Below are positions 1 to 14,532 of a stretch of 64,000 bases of DNA, piece by piece. The translations under genes and the position numbers were made by a program. The notes under the pieces were generated by a model. The model ran no database searches and was not told the origin of the DNA. It worked only from the letters and a program-made list of their open reading frames with translations. Source of the DNA: the human T2T-CHM13v2.0 reference genome, Homo sapiens; the NCBI RefSeq assembly GCF_009914755.1, contig NC_060939.1; one strand, 5' to 3'. Numbering within the stretch: the first letter of the stretch is position 1; the number at the start of each line of letters is the position of its first letter.

Positions 1-239
1 GTGTGTGGCAAGGACTGGAGCAGGGGTGTCTGGAGAAGAGAGAGTCGGCAAAGAGGGCAGTGACAGAAGAGCCATGCTGCGTGCTCCTTGCTCTGGGGTC
101 CCTCCAGGTGAGGCCTGGGTGCTCCAGCTCCCCATTTGCCCTTGGCACCAGGGGCCCCCAGCCCCTTTCTTCAGGGCCCCAAGGGGAAACTAAAGCCCAG
201 GATTGGCAGCATGGAATCAGGGGACCCCACTGGACTTAC

Positions 240-897
240 CAATGATTCTATGTTTTCATTGAGTTGACTGATTGTCACTGAGCTTGACTCCAGGGCTACT
301 GCTAGTTCTTGGTACTGGCTCTGAGGCACATGCAGAGAGGAGGAGTTGGAAGAGGATTGTGGGGAGAGGTAGAGAGAACAATCATTAGGGCTGGGGTGTG
401 TGTGGGCTGTCTCAGCTGGCAGAGGGTCACCCAGCCCCCACTGTGAGAGGAGGTTGGAGGGCTGGCCTGCAAAGTCACTGCACCTCAGCCCAGGGCCTCT
501 TACTTCCAGATCCTTCAGGGTAACAGATGATGCAGGAGTAATAAAAATGAGAAATTAAAAAAAAACTTACATGGGAAATAGTTATGTATATGGAGAAAGT
601 ATAAAAACAGCAAGGAGCCGGGCACAGTGGCTCACACATGTAATCCCAGCAGTTCAGGAGGCTGAGACAAGTGGATCACTTGAGGTCAGGAGATCAAGAT
701 CAGCCTGGCCGACATGGTGAAACTGCATCTCTACTAAAAATACAAAGAGTAGCCAGGCGTAGTGGCAGGTGCCTGTAATCCCAGCTACTCAGGAGGCTAA
801 GGCAAGAGAATCACTTGAACCCGGGAGGCAGAGGTTGTAGTGAGCCGAGATCGCACCACTCCACTCCAGTCTGAGTGACAGAGTGAGACTCTGTCTC

Positions 898-930
<33 letters not shown>

Positions 931-3900
931 CAAATCCCACATGCCTGCTCTGTACGTTATTCCCAGATTACTTTTAAACTTTTAGGCGTCACCATTTCCA
1001 AGATAATAAAAGACGCGGGGAAGGAAAAAACCCAATCAATCAAGCAGGTGAAGAAGCAGACAGAAACAGGCTGAAGGTTAATGGCAGCAACATAAAACAA
1101 GGCAGAGGCCAAGCATCCCCCAAGCCAGAGAAGCCTCAGGGCCATGCACAGCTGTAGACAGCAAGCCAGAGAGGGGTCTTGGCACTGCCTCACCTTCCAC
1201 TTGTCCAATGGGGGAGCACTACCCCATTGGAGTGGTTAAGGTTGGACACCCGCACCTTCAGAATGTCCTGAATCTACAGGAGGTGACAAGGGAAAAACAA
1301 GGGCAGGGGGTGAAAGACAGAAGTGGCTTAGAGAGAAGCAAGAAAGTCAGGGTAGGAGGAAGATGTGGGTTCAGGAAAAGGAAACGCTGAAGAAGAGCAG
1401 AGGAGATTAAAACCATGGCCTGTGCCATTCTTCCAAATGGCCACCTGCTGCCTTGCCAGGGGCAGGAAAAAATAGATGGAAAAGTCCCCCGAGTGACGCA
1501 GTCACAGAGTGGAGTCAGCTGACCAATGCAGATCTTAATACGCTCACTGGACCCCTCTCCTCAGGCCCAGGACATGGGCGATGAATCTGGTAGAGCTCCA
1601 GACCTCCACCTCCATTAAAAAAAAACAGACTCCTGAGTAAGAGTTCACTTGAACTAAGGGGACTTCAGCTAAAAAACAAGTTTGAAAGACACTGATCTTA
1701 TCCAGTATCATCTTACAGAGGAGGAAACTGAGGCCCAGCAGAAGAAGTGATTTTTCTGTGGTCACCCAGCAAGCTGGTGGCAAGTTAGACCTTCTCTTGC
1801 TCCTAGTGCCTTGGGCTCTCCTCACCACACCCTGGGCCCCCTTCAGTGACTCCTAGAGGGACAGCCTGATGGCAAGTGGCTGTACTCATTAGCCCAGCTT
1901 CCCCTTGCGAGTGGGGATCAGGAAAATCAAACAGCAATGACCATTTCCTGGGTATCCTGGGTGTTTACAGCAGGCCACGTACTGGGGGTTAACATGAAAA
2001 CAACAACAATAAGGAATCTCATTTAAACTTCACAAATGGAAGTCAAACAATACTACCCCTATTTTACAGATGTGAAAAGAGAGGCCCAAAGAGCTCAAGC
2101 AACTTGCCATAAATCAGATCGCTAGCAGATGAAGAAGCAGGATTCAAACCCAGAATTCTTAACCAGTACCCAGCAATCTCAACAATTACCCTCTACTGCC
2201 CCTTGGGCCCCCTGTCCCCAGGAGCCTGGCCAGCCAAGACTCACATCCCCAGGTGAGTGGCAACCACCGGAAGTGGTTGTCTCAGGGCTACTGTCAGTTT
2301 TTTTCTTTTTTGTCTTTGCTCCTGCTGGAATACCAGGGCTCTTCCTTTGCTGATATTCTTTTAGCTGTGGGAAAGAAGAGCAGTAATACTCATGAGAACT
2401 ACCAGCCCTTACAGCCACACCCTCCTTACAGTTTTTGCAAAATACTCTTATACACCATCTGATTTAATGCCACCAACAACTGTACAAGGTGTTGTCACAA
2501 TCACTTAAGTGACTGAGAGGGATGGATATTATGGCTAAAAAAAAAAGTGTGGGGGGGCAATAATGGAACTTAAACTCAGTCTTCTGACTCCAAGCTCTGG
2601 GGTTTTGCCATGAATCAGCAGCTGCCGGGGACCAAAACCAGACGCAGAGGTAGAAAAGTAAACATTACATAGGCATGAACTACACGCTGTGTGGTTTAGA
2701 GTCATACATCCTCAAATGCCTGTTAGTGTGAAGAAGTGCACCAGTATCTCTCAAACTTTTATATCAATGTGTCCTCATGGCAGAAGGCAGCTTTTTTGTT
2801 AAATCTGGGAATTTATCAGAAAGAGGACAACCCAAGTCTCATTTCAGAGAGAAGTCTGGTATACTCTTAGAAACCTATGTGAGGGTCACCCCTAAGTACA
2901 TTAATGTTTTTTCTCTCTCAAGAGAATCAAGGGAAACTGATGCTTCAGAAAGATCTCCCACATTTATCCTGTGGCACTCAATGTACCCTAAGTTGAGATG
3001 ATATGAGGAAGATTCAAGCTGTCAAGTTCAGTTTCCCAAGACCTATTCCACAGAAGATGAGCAAATCTCACTTCAGAGACCACTGACTGAAGGGCAGTCT
3101 GGTCCCAGAACCGTGGAGAATTAGAATATGAGGTGGAGAACTCGGAAAAAAATGTTAAAGTCTCTCTGGAGAGTAGAAGCCTGGGAGAAAACCAAACCAA
3201 ACCCATTCTCCCATTACCACCCAGAGATACTGTCAACGTTTTGAGCTCACAGGGGAAGTGTAGGCTTTTCACACTGTCGATGTCTATGTGAAGGGAGTAA
3301 GGCAGCCTGAAACCTCTTGCTCCTAGGTCCCATGGTCCCCATTTCCCTTCTAGCTGGAAATTTGTGCTGTGACCAGAGGAACCAGAAATGGGGTGAGAAT
3401 GCTTAGGGGACTGGGTTATAAGATCAAAGGCCGGTCTTGCAGCAGTAATGACAGTTCCTAGGAGGACTGTGACATCACTACATTCCACTCCTCCTGGGGG
3501 TGGGGGAAACCTCATCAGTGCAATGGCTGAGTTGCCGATCCACGATGGGGGAGGGGGGACGTGGGGCTGGGACCCAGGTCCTTGGAGATGCCAGTCCAGA
3601 GAGCCCAGGGAGGTCGGGCTTGGGTCAGCAGGAGGGGAGAGCAGAGTCTGCTCAGGGAACCCCAGGAGTCACCAGCCCAAAGTCACCCCGGGATGACTGG
3701 CGATGCTGGGGGGTTGGGGCTGGGGGACCCAGGTCCTTGGAGAGGTGAGCCCAAAGAACCCAGGGAGGTTGGGCTTGGGGTGGCAGGACGTGAGGGCTGA
3801 ATATGGAGCAGGTATCCCCAGTAGTCATCCGCCCAAAGTCACCGCAGGGTGATTGGCGAGGGCAGAGGCTGGGCTGCTTGCTGAAGGGGCGGGGCTGACT

Positions 3901-4138
3901 GACAAGACGTTGGTGGGGGGAGTCCAGAGGCGCCGGGGTAGGGGGGCCCAGCCCGGTGTGCCTCAGGAGTGGTATGGACTCTGGGAGTGGTCTTGTCATC
4001 AGAGGGGATCTCTGGCTAGGTTGGGGGGCCATGACCTTTTTCTTGGCTTTTTACCTTTTTCTTGGCTGCTGCCAATTTATTCTGTCGAGATTCTTCTAAC
4101 ATCATGGGGTGGGGAGGGAGGTAGGGTTGGGGCCACAT
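240..4138 (-). CDS. GOLGA6: Second GOLGA6 copy, partial: coding exons 1-3 (4055-4138, 2245-2364, 240-320); the rest lies beyond the window start
   Basis: Same exon sequences and splice sites as the complete copy at offset 24277-24280; exon 3 reads VTISQL instead of VTINQL. Confidence 0.92.
616..925 (+). mobile_element. Alu, full length (copy 24896-25202)
   Basis: Dimeric Alu with poly(A) tail, 3 A shorter in the second copy. Confidence 0.95.
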
Positions 4139-4818
4139 CAGCGAACACCTCCAGTCACCTACAAGGCTGCTGTGTGACTGAGCCAGAGGAGGCGTAACCA
4201 GGGCCACACTAGAATGCAGAATAGGGGTGTGGCCTTAATGCTCCAATCCCATTGGTCAATGAGAAAGATGAAAGGGAAAGGAGGCGTGGCCAGGCAGCAG
4301 TGTGCCCAGAGGAACCTGTGACATCACAAGGAAAGCTGCCCATGCGACTGCTGTCCCTGCCCACTTGGGGAGAGGGGCGGGGCCTGCCTACTCCGGGAGA
4401 GGGGAGGGCTGGTTTTTGCTTTAAAATGTTAAAAATAAACTTTAAAAAAATATGTATTTATACTTTATATATATGTGTGTCAGTGTGTGTGTGTCTACAT
4501 GTTCCTCCAGAGCTGTCTTCATTATCCAGCTTCTATGCATGGTCTATGATTTTGGCCTACATTTTTCATCTTCAGAGGGAGTATAAGAATTACCAGTATT
4601 ACCCCAGTTAAGACACAAATCCTATAAAAATGGAAAATCCATAGCATGTTTGATGATTAATGAATGAAGTGGACTATATTATCCAACATCCCAATAAGGT
4701 AAAATAATCACAATGATTTCTCGGCTTTGGAAAAAACATTTCTCTTATTCTCCTACATTATTAAGATTTTTTAAAAAACAAGAAACATGTCTAATATCTT
4801 TAAAAACACAAAGCTTTT

Positions 4819-5121
<303 letters not shown>

Positions 5122-5458
5122 TCAAAAATAAATAAAAACACAAAGCTTTCCATTTAATAAGCACTCAAAGCTCTTTACTGGTTTAAAGCAAATACAAGGC
5201 CTATTTTTCTAGAATCACCTGGCCTCTCTAAGCCTTGCAAATGAAACTGAATTTCTCACTTGATACTTGGCTATGACTTGCAATCATGAAAACCAAGAAT
5301 TGTGTTATGTCACTGTGTATTGATTGTTACCTGAATTCCACACTAGGCTGGGATCAAGGGTTGAATCTTTCATGATTTGCTCCATAACCTGTGAGCGTCT
5401 TTTCCTACACCAAACTAAGCTTTGTTCTAGAGTTCTACAATTTACAGTTAGTAGACAA

Positions 5459-5630
5459 GAGTGGTTCTCAAAAATGTAGTCTCTGGACTAGCAGCAGCAG
5501 CAGAACCTGAGAACCTTTTATAAGTGCAAATTCTCAGGCCCCACCCTGGACATGGTGAATCAGAAACTCTGGAGTAGGGCTCAGCAATCTGTGCTGCAGT
5601 CATCCCTCCAGGTGTTCAAGCACCTCTGGC
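5459..5630. mobile_element. MER5A-like hAT DNA transposon (copy 29736-29907)
   Basis: AGTGGTTCTCAAA terminus and AATTCTCAGGCCCCACCC...AATCAGAAACTCTG core. Confidence 0.7.
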
Positions 5631-6352
5631 ATACAGCAGGCAGAAAAATGTGTTTCCTTCTGTAGGTCCAAAGCCAGGGATACCATATGTTCTGTCTTGA
5701 TATGAAACAATGGCATGCAATTAAAAGACATAAATCTCCTTCCTGCTCCCACCCTCCATCCAATGTGTTTTATTTTTATGAGTTAAATAAGAAAACAAAC
5801 GGCAATCAGAGATTCAGCCTAAAAAGTATGTTTACAAGTGTCAGTTCTCATCCAGCCTGATCTCACACAATACCATTTACACCCTCTTCCCTCTCAAGTT
5901 TTTTAAAAAGTGTCTTCACAATGTAAGTCTCGGGCACACTAGCAGTTCTATAATAAAACACCAAGTAGATCAGAATGTCCAAACTTACTAGAGAAGAAAA
6001 GTGGAATCACTGGCTGTATTTTCAAGTTGCATTCAACAGGAAATGTAAGTTTTTCATTCTTTTCACCTTCACACTTCAATAGCATTAAATCAGAATACTC
6101 CATTCTTCCAAAGCCTCTAGCCAGGCAAAGTTTTACTGTATTACTTCTTGCTTTCAATAGATATAAAGCAGAGTCCTGGTAGGCACATTTTGTATGCCTG
6201 CAAAGATGCAGAAGTAAACAGTTCCATCTATTCAATATTAAAACAAAAGTCCTGCAAACCTCGGATGGTGAGTGTAATACTTCAGCACTAGCACCAAAGC
6301 CTCAAATATAAACAGATACCAATATCACCACTAGCAAACAAAATGAGCCCTC

Positions 6353-6630
6353 GGCCAGGAGCAGTAGTTCACACCTGTAATCCCAACACTTTGGCAAGCC
6401 AAGGTGGGAGGATCACTTTAAGTCAGGAGTTCAAGACCAGCCTGGGCAGCATAGTGAATTCACATCTCTACAAAAAATCTTAAAAATTAGCTGGGGGTGG
6501 TGGCACACACCTGTAGTCCTAGCTACTTGGAAGGCTGATGTATGAAAACTGCTTCAGCTCAGGAGTACGACGCTGTGGTAGCTATGATCATGCCACTGCA
6601 CTCCAGCCTGGGTGACAGAGCAAGATCTAG
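6353..6630 (+). mobile_element. Alu, old J-like (copy 30630-30907)
   Basis: Diverged dimeric Alu. Confidence 0.9.
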
Positions 6631-6795
6631 ATAATTACAGTCTGTCCTGCTCCTGTTTATGTTAAAATGCTTTCAATCAGCAGGATAAAAATTAAGTGAA
6701 ATGTGACTTGGGAGCTTGGCCAGAAAATAGGCAATGGAGAAACAGGCACTTCCCACAAGAATAAAAATGGCCAATAAGCACATAAAAATGATTCA

Positions 6796-7095
<300 letters not shown>

Positions 7096-9197
7096 TCAAA
7101 AGCACTAGAAACCAAAGAAATACAATGAAAACAATGAGATTTTCTCCTTAAATATCAGCAAAGAGGACAAATGGAAACGGGATACTGGAGCTCTGCCCCT
7201 GTTGGGAGTATAAACTGAACCAATTTTTCTGCAGGATAATTTGAAAATTTCTATTAAAAATCTTAAAACTATTTTATGTTATTTTTCTCCAGAAATTCTA
7301 CTTCTATGACTTCAGCCCCAAAATGCTTGCTTGCGTCCATTAAAATATATATATAAGAAAATTTACTTCTGGGGTGGCAATGATTAACTTAATACACATC
7401 GAGCTTTTAAAAAGATGATGCCAAGGATATATTTACTGCCATAGAAATATGCCCAAAACATAGTGACAAAAGACTATATATTACGATTCTACTTTTTAAA
7501 ATGTTCATATGCATAAAAAAATATAAAAAGCAACAAACCAGAATGCTTTCAGTGGCAAAATTAAAGACTTTTCTTCATATTTTGTCTTCCAAATTATTAC
7601 AAAAAGAATGCAATTTTCTTTATAATCAGGGAGAAGTATTATTTTCATTTATTTACATATAAATTTCTTTTCTTTTCCTTATTTCTTCTAATGTATGTAT
7701 CACATGTACCCTAAGAGCTTGAATCCCTACTTCTTGAGGTAAATCAGACCATTTCTGTCTCTATCAACTTGCCTTTTTTGGACATTTCAAATCAACAGAA
7801 TTATACAATATGTGGTCACATGTCTGGCTTTTTACTTAGCTAAGGTTTTTGAGGTTGGTCCATGACATATAACAGGTTTTGGTAGTTTGTTCCTTTCATT
7901 ACTGAGTAGAAGTCCATTGATGGATATATACCACATTTTGTCAGCAGAGAACATTTAAACTTTGCTTTCAACTTCCCGTGGTCTAAATGAAACCGCTGGA
8001 ACACAGGACTTACAGTGAAACCTGCTGTGCATATCAAAAGAACTACTTATCAGAACCAGCTTTGTCATCAGGAGCCTGAACTGCTGCAGAAATTTTTATC
8101 ATTTTGCAACTTCCTTTTTACAAGCAGCTTTTGTGCTACTACGCATCAGGACTTTTGAAGCATCTGATACATCCATCTAATAAGTATGAGCATGTGTCTG
8201 AGTGGACAAGTACAACCATCTATGCTACACTGCATATTTTTTCCCTCCCCCAGACTGGACCAGGGAATCTCTCAACTTTCTAGAGTATCCTGTCTCCATT
8301 GACAAAGCTGAACAGTATTAAAGATCCTGCTGCCTTTGTTAGGCAGATTTGGAAGGGAGGCCCAACAGCAAGGGTGGAGAGGAAAAAGAGAGGGCAGCTT
8401 GTGGAACAGGAAGCCCCCTGGGGTCTGCACATGGCTCCCAGCTGTTGAGGATGTTGTGGATGGGGAAGTGCTGATGGTGTCCCGAGGCAAGCCTAGCACC
8501 TGCACTGGGCCCAGAAGGTCTTGACTTTGGCCCCTTACCCACATTCCAGAAGTGTTTACAAGCTGGTTTTGCTTTTCTTCTTTTCCCAAATAATCATTAC
8601 TTGGTAGTTAGTTATTAACCTTTCTTTGGGAGAGGGACAGAGCTTTAAAACTGAAGAACATAATTTTCATTAAAATATCAAAAATGGAAAAAAGTTACTT
8701 TGTAAACAATTTGCTATACAAACCAAATGGCAGCTGTTGAGAATCTCAATAAAGTGTTAAATGCATTTGCTGCTGTTAGAAGAAATACAGTAAAAATATT
8801 TAAAATAAAGAAAAAAATTTGCTGGCAGTGGTACCATTTGCCCAAGGTTGGGTTGCTGTGTCGTCATACTGTGGTGGGGGGTATATGTGGTGTATATGTG
8901 TGAAACTCTTCATCTCAGGATGGATCATAATGTGAGCTGCAGTTTTCCTTCCAAATAGGGTTACAAAGTAGTAAAACATGGGCTTGGAAGTGACAGACCT
9001 GAGTGAATCAGCCAAGCTTAAAGAAAAACCCAATAAAATTAACTTTTAATAATCCTGACGTTGGTTTTTGAAACAATAGATACAATGATTTACTCTAAGC
9101 ATCAGGTTATGATTTTGAATCAGTAATACACACTGTCTCGACCTTTTTCTTTTTTTATGGAAACAGAGGTTTCACCCAGAAAACTCCAAAACAGTGA

Positions 9198-9468
9198 CTT
9201 TTTTTTTTTTTTAAGACAGGGTGTCACTCTGTCACCCAGGCTGCAGTGGAGTGGTGGATCTCAGCTCACTGCAGCCTCGACCTCCCACCTCAGCCTCCCG
9301 AGTAGCTGGGACCACAGGCACCACCGTGCCTGGCTAATTATTGTATTTTGTGTACAGACGGGGTTTTGCCATGTTGCCCAGGGTGGTCTCAGACTTCTAG
9401 GCTCCAGCCGTTCACCCACTTCAGCCTCCCAAGGTGCTGTGTGTACAGGTGCGAGCCACTGTGCCCAA
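9198..9468 (-). mobile_element. Alu, J-like (copy 33474-33743)
   Basis: Poly(T) followed by antisense Alu. Confidence 0.9.
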
Positions 9469-9613
9469 CCTGCATTGACTTTTTAAAACATAAGTTCAAG
9501 CATCTCTTCCTAACTCCTTTAATTGGAGGTATCTCTTCTCTCATTCTCCTCATCTTTGGTGTTCCCCCAGAGTTCACTGCTGTCTGGATGTACAACATAT
9601 ATTTCAAAGTCAA

Positions 9614-9693
9614 GGCTGGGCTGGGTGCAGTGGCTCACGCCTATAATTGCAGCACTTTGGGAGTCCAAGGCAGGCAGATCGCTTGAGTTCAGG
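9614..9693 (+). mobile_element. Truncated Alu left arm (copy 33889-33968)
   Basis: Ends abruptly at GCTTGAGTTCAGG. Confidence 0.85.
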
Positions 9694-12600
9694 CAAGGTA
9701 AGGCAGGCTCCCAAGGCAGAGACTGAGGCTGACCCCTGCAGCCCCCTACTGCAGGGAGGAACACCGGGATAGGCAAGGGTCTTAACCTAGAAAGCCCCAG
9801 CAGTTCCTGTGACCATCGAGGCTTGGTGGTGGTGGAACCCAGGAATGGTCTTTGAACCCACCACCTGGAAGGGGAGCCAAGGATAGTCCTGGCCCAAAGG
9901 CTCCCCTACCTGCAGGCAGTGTGGAGGCCCAGTGAGTGGACCCCAGGAGCCCAGACCATGAGCTTACCTGGCCAAAGACAGCAGCCAGCACCAAGACACG
10001 AAAGAGGGCGGGTAGAAAGATCATCACATAGGGGTTGACTGCGGCCGGCACCAGGTTCCTCTGTACTTCTGGAACACACAGGCCCCTCCTTCCTATCCCT
10101 GAAGTGCCCCTGCCCCTACCCCAGCACCCTGAAGACCAGCCCAATATATGCATTTGTCCTGGGTCAGCCCCACTGTCCAAGCAACTGCAATTTCTCACTA
10201 GAGAGCCAGGGCAGGGCAGGGTATAGGAGGGGTCCCTGGAAGATGCCCCCCAGAATGCCCTGATGCCTAAAACGTTCCCCGTTGGGCCTTCTCAGGGAGG
10301 GAGGGTTAAGACAGCCTTGTTCTCTCCAGCTACCTCCATCACCACTGGAGCCCTTACGGGCGTCAGGGGAGAGAATTGGCTCACTGGAGCCAGGAACAGC
10401 ATGGACACAGCCCTGGGGCTGAGGCTAAGTGGGCTCTGGGAGACCGTCACTCTCTCTTCAAGCTTTGGTCTCCTGGCCCTCTACAAGCCAGGCTGTTTCA
10501 GGCTTTGCGTTAGGCCTTGCTCAGAGACAGAGTTGAAACACAGCTGGTGGACACAGTGGGCTTTAGGGAGGTGGCACGTACCTGGGGGTGGGGGCTGGGT
10601 AACAGGGAACGGAGGCCCTGGGGCTAGCATGGCCTGTCTGGAGGTGGCACAATGGGACCTGCACCACATGAGGACAGAGGGTCCACCTGGAGGAGTGGAT
10701 CAGCCAGATGGCCACCAAGCTGGATGGCCACCGCCAGAGCCTGCAGGACAGCAGAGGGGGCTGGGAAGGGACAGAGGACAGCTGAGGGGCAGGGAATGTG
10801 GGTTCCTCCATACAGACACTTGAGTCTTCCCTAAGTGGGTCTTCCCCATGGGGGTGAGGGGGCATTCAAGACACACCTCCAGCCCACCTCAAACTATCAC
10901 AGGAGGCCACCACCAACTCACACAGGCCAGCTGCATTGTCACAGTGACCCCAGAACAGCACAGCCCTGTCCTTCAGATAAATAAATGGAGAGAGTGATGC
11001 ATATCACAGCCAGGAGCTGGGACTCAGACCCAGGTCCAGCTGCAGTGCTGCCTCAATGGCTCCACCTGCACCTCCTCCGGGACTCAGTTCCTGCTAACAA
11101 GTGAACACTTGAGTATGGGTGAAATAGGTGCTATTATCCCTTCTGGCTGCTGGGGAAGCAAGGCACAGATGACTTGCCCAAGGCCAATGTATCATGGCTG
11201 GTTCAACCCCATCTGTCTCGGCCAGCACATCCCCAAGGCAGAGGCTTTACTGTGATCCAAACCTGGAAGGTGGCACTCCTTCCAATGTCCCACCCAGGGC
11301 ACAGAGCATGCAGCCCCATGTTTGGGGAGGTGACAGGGTGGGGAGGTGACAGTGTGGGAAACAATCTGGTTAGGCCAAGGCCTCATGGAGCCCAGGGTTC
11401 CCTAGGACCAGGAGAGCTCTGGAGCCCACACTGACACCCACTGGAAACCTGGAATCTGCACCTGCAGGAGATCGGGAGAGGGGTTCGGCCTCCGATGCAC
11501 CTGCAGCAAGGTGAGACAGGCACAGGTGGGCGCCCTGCTTCCAACCAGTGTCAGGTGGGCAGGAAGCAGATCTCCTCCCTGACCTTCCTCTCCTGCCTCC
11601 CCCAAGCAGAGGAGAAGGGGCAGCCGCCCATCAGGCCATTGCCCAGATTGAAGCCGCTGAAGCTAGGTCCCAACAGGTGAGTGTGACCCCTGACTATCCC
11701 AGGCCCGGCCCAAGGCAGTCATGTCTCTGGTGAGGACCTGGTAGACAGATGTGATATCCCCAAGTGGCTCTATAAACCTCTTGAGGATAATCAAGGAAAT
11801 GGGCAAGAACATCATGCTCAGCCAAGAACCTGATAGGCACGAGGGGGACCAGGGCAGGTAAAAGTCAGTTTGGGTTCAGGCCTGGCCCCTGGAAGGATGG
11901 TGGATGAAGAGCCAGCCACGGTGAAAGGGAATGGATGGCCACGGGCTGGGTGGTCAGGACTGTCAGCTCCTGCAGCCCCTGCAGAACATCCGCCCAGGCC
12001 TGGCTCTGCGCTCAGCCTTCTGCCTGGAGCCACAGGTGCCTGGACACCAGCCTCAAGTAGGGATGGTGGTAGGAAAGGCACTTGTGGCCACATGTGGGCA
12101 CCTAAGCATGGGACAGAGGGGTATCATGCCCCAAAGAAATCACAGAGGCCAAGAGCTTAAGCATATGTGACACCATCAATAAATCCCCTTGTCCTGGGTC
12201 ACATCAGTTAAGTCAGAGCCTACCCTGACCCTGAAGCTGCAGCTCAGTCTGGTTGAGACTCACAAAGAGATGTTAGTGCTGGGCAGGGGGCCTGGAAGAC
12301 TCCTGGGGTGAATGGAAGTCAGTGCCCTTGGGTGCTAGTATCTGTCTTCCCGGCCACCGCTAGATCAGGCTTCTGAGCCTGTTGGCTGTCAGGGCTGGAC
12401 TGTGCCCCATAGGCACCATGGCAGTCCCAATGAAATCCACCAGGTGTCACTAGGCAGCATAAAGGTAACAGGCCTGGAAGGTCACCAACAGCCCAGCTGG
12501 ACATGCTCAGACAACTCTGGGGCTCCTCATTCAGTGGCACAAACTCCAGGACCCAGTGAGGGAAAAAGGAACACACCAGGCTGAGCAGTATGGCTAAATC

Positions 12601-13215
12601 CATTTATTCCAAAATGAAAAGCAAAATAAACGGGAGTCGCATCACCAGGGAGCCACAACCCCATCCCCGCCTCCTTCCTCTGCCCCATGCTATCAATAAA
12701 TAAGTTTCCCAGCCACAAATAATGATTAGAACCTCCTCCTCATATGCCAGCTCCAACCTCTGCTAGGTACGATACAGGGGGTGGCCCTACCCCCTGGAAT
12801 ATACAAAATGTTACACAGATACTATATGTACACTGGGGCCTTCCCAGCAGCCCGTGCCCTCACCTGCTCTACAGTTAGCCCCATTGTCCCTGCCTCAGCT
12901 GCCTCTCTGAATAAGAAGATGGGAGCCCCCTGAGGGAAAAGTTGCTTTGGTGAGGGTAGGGAGGCCATCAGGCCGCCTCCAAACAAACCGACTCCACCAG
13001 CCTCTGGCTCTTAAATAACAATCATCATCATCCAGAAATCTAAGGACTCAGCCCTGGTCAAGGTGGCAAAGGGTCTGTTTGTCTCTCCCCATTAGACAGG
13101 GGTCTTGTCTTGCTACCCTAATGATAAAGGGGTAGGAAGGGATGGTAGGGACACGATGGCGGCAGAGACTCCAGCCCCACTTCTCCAGGCTTATGCTGAC
13201 AGAGGCCTGCTTTTA

Positions 13216-13405
13216 TTTATTTTTATTTATATCCCATGACTTATTTTTTAATCCCGTAACTTCTTTTTCATAATACTTTTTTTAAACTTTTCATAAAACT
13301 TTAAATAATTTTTTCACAACTTTTTTTGCCACGACTTTTCCACATTTTTTATCCCATAACTTTTTCATCCTACAACATTTTCTAAATCCCATAACTTCTT
13401 TTTAG
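13216..13405. repeat. Degenerate T-rich tandem repeat (ATCCCATAACTTTTT-like units)
   Basis: Motif variants atcccatgactt, atcccgtaactt, atcccataactt separated by T runs. Confidence 0.7.
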
Positions 13406-14532
13406 TTTGTATTCTTTTAATAAACACACTTGCATAGTTAATTACAATTTTGTAAAAATAAAAACTGATTATCTCATGCCAAGCGTGCCCAGCATTTGCA
13501 CAGTCTCAATACCTGTAATACTATAGTTTTCAAGACACACAAAATTTTAAGGCAAAAACAGCACTTTGCAACAATTTAATAATTTATTACATTACAGTAG
13601 CATCACAGTAGCAGTCAACAATGCCACTTTAGGCAACAGTGTTTCAGTATTTCTATTATACATTCTGTTTACAAGAATTCATAAACTGGTAAAAGTCATT
13701 CTAAGAAAACTTGGCAAATAAAGCCTTGCATTGGAATTGGCATTTCTTTCTCTACTTTTCCTTCCCCCAGTTTCTTTCTTTCAAACTACAGTATTCATAT
13801 TTTAAAGTGTTTTAACTTATTTCAAAACATTAAGATAGCAGTTACATTTTTGAATAGTTATATTCTTTTAAAATGACTCTTTAAGATAAAGTTTTAGAGA
13901 AACTATATTATGGATAGGGCTGATTTATATTTTCACATTTTCTAAATATCAGCTTTGGTTTTAGAACTGACTTGTTTTCATTTCTGGAAAACCCATCAGG
14001 TTAAACAAATACTTTAAAAATGATTATATATTGCAATCTTTAAATAGATTTTTAATTCTTTACTTCCTACAGAAATTCAAATTTATTCAGTTGAACCCAC
14101 ACTTTAAAATTCTATGTTTCTGATTAAACTCTACCCTTCTAATGTTGCCTTCTAAGCAAATTGAAAGCTGCCTTAAACTGAATGAGGAAGAGAACAAATA
14201 CTTGGCTGAATGAGGTATTGCAAAGGACCACATGCACTTTGAAGAAAGACTTAAGTTGTTGTCATATGATTTACATGCTATTTAATTTTTCTTAAATATA
14301 TGACAGAATACCTACACAAAGAGTGGTATTTCAGTTAATATAGTACATTCATTTTCCAGACTGACATTCAGCTTAAATATGCCGGTGTGTGATTTAATCC
14401 ACAGGTACCTGATGAACACATTATTGTCAGATTGGTTGCAGGTGCTAAAGGCTAGCTGAAGATCATTCCTAGTCATTTATATTTATCAGGGTAAAAGTGA
14501 AGTGATTTGAACTATAAAAATACCTTTGAAAT

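Noticed and set aside
2988-3515. 175-aa intronic ORF (copy 27265-27792) and 186-aa ORF at 10263/34549
   Set aside because: No recognisable domain or splice structure; recurrence is due only to the duplication.
12296-12600. DNM1 pseudogene, often found tail-to-tail with GOLGA6 copies
   Set aside because: No dynamin-like exons seen; the junction cuts ~300 bp past the distal poly(A) signal.
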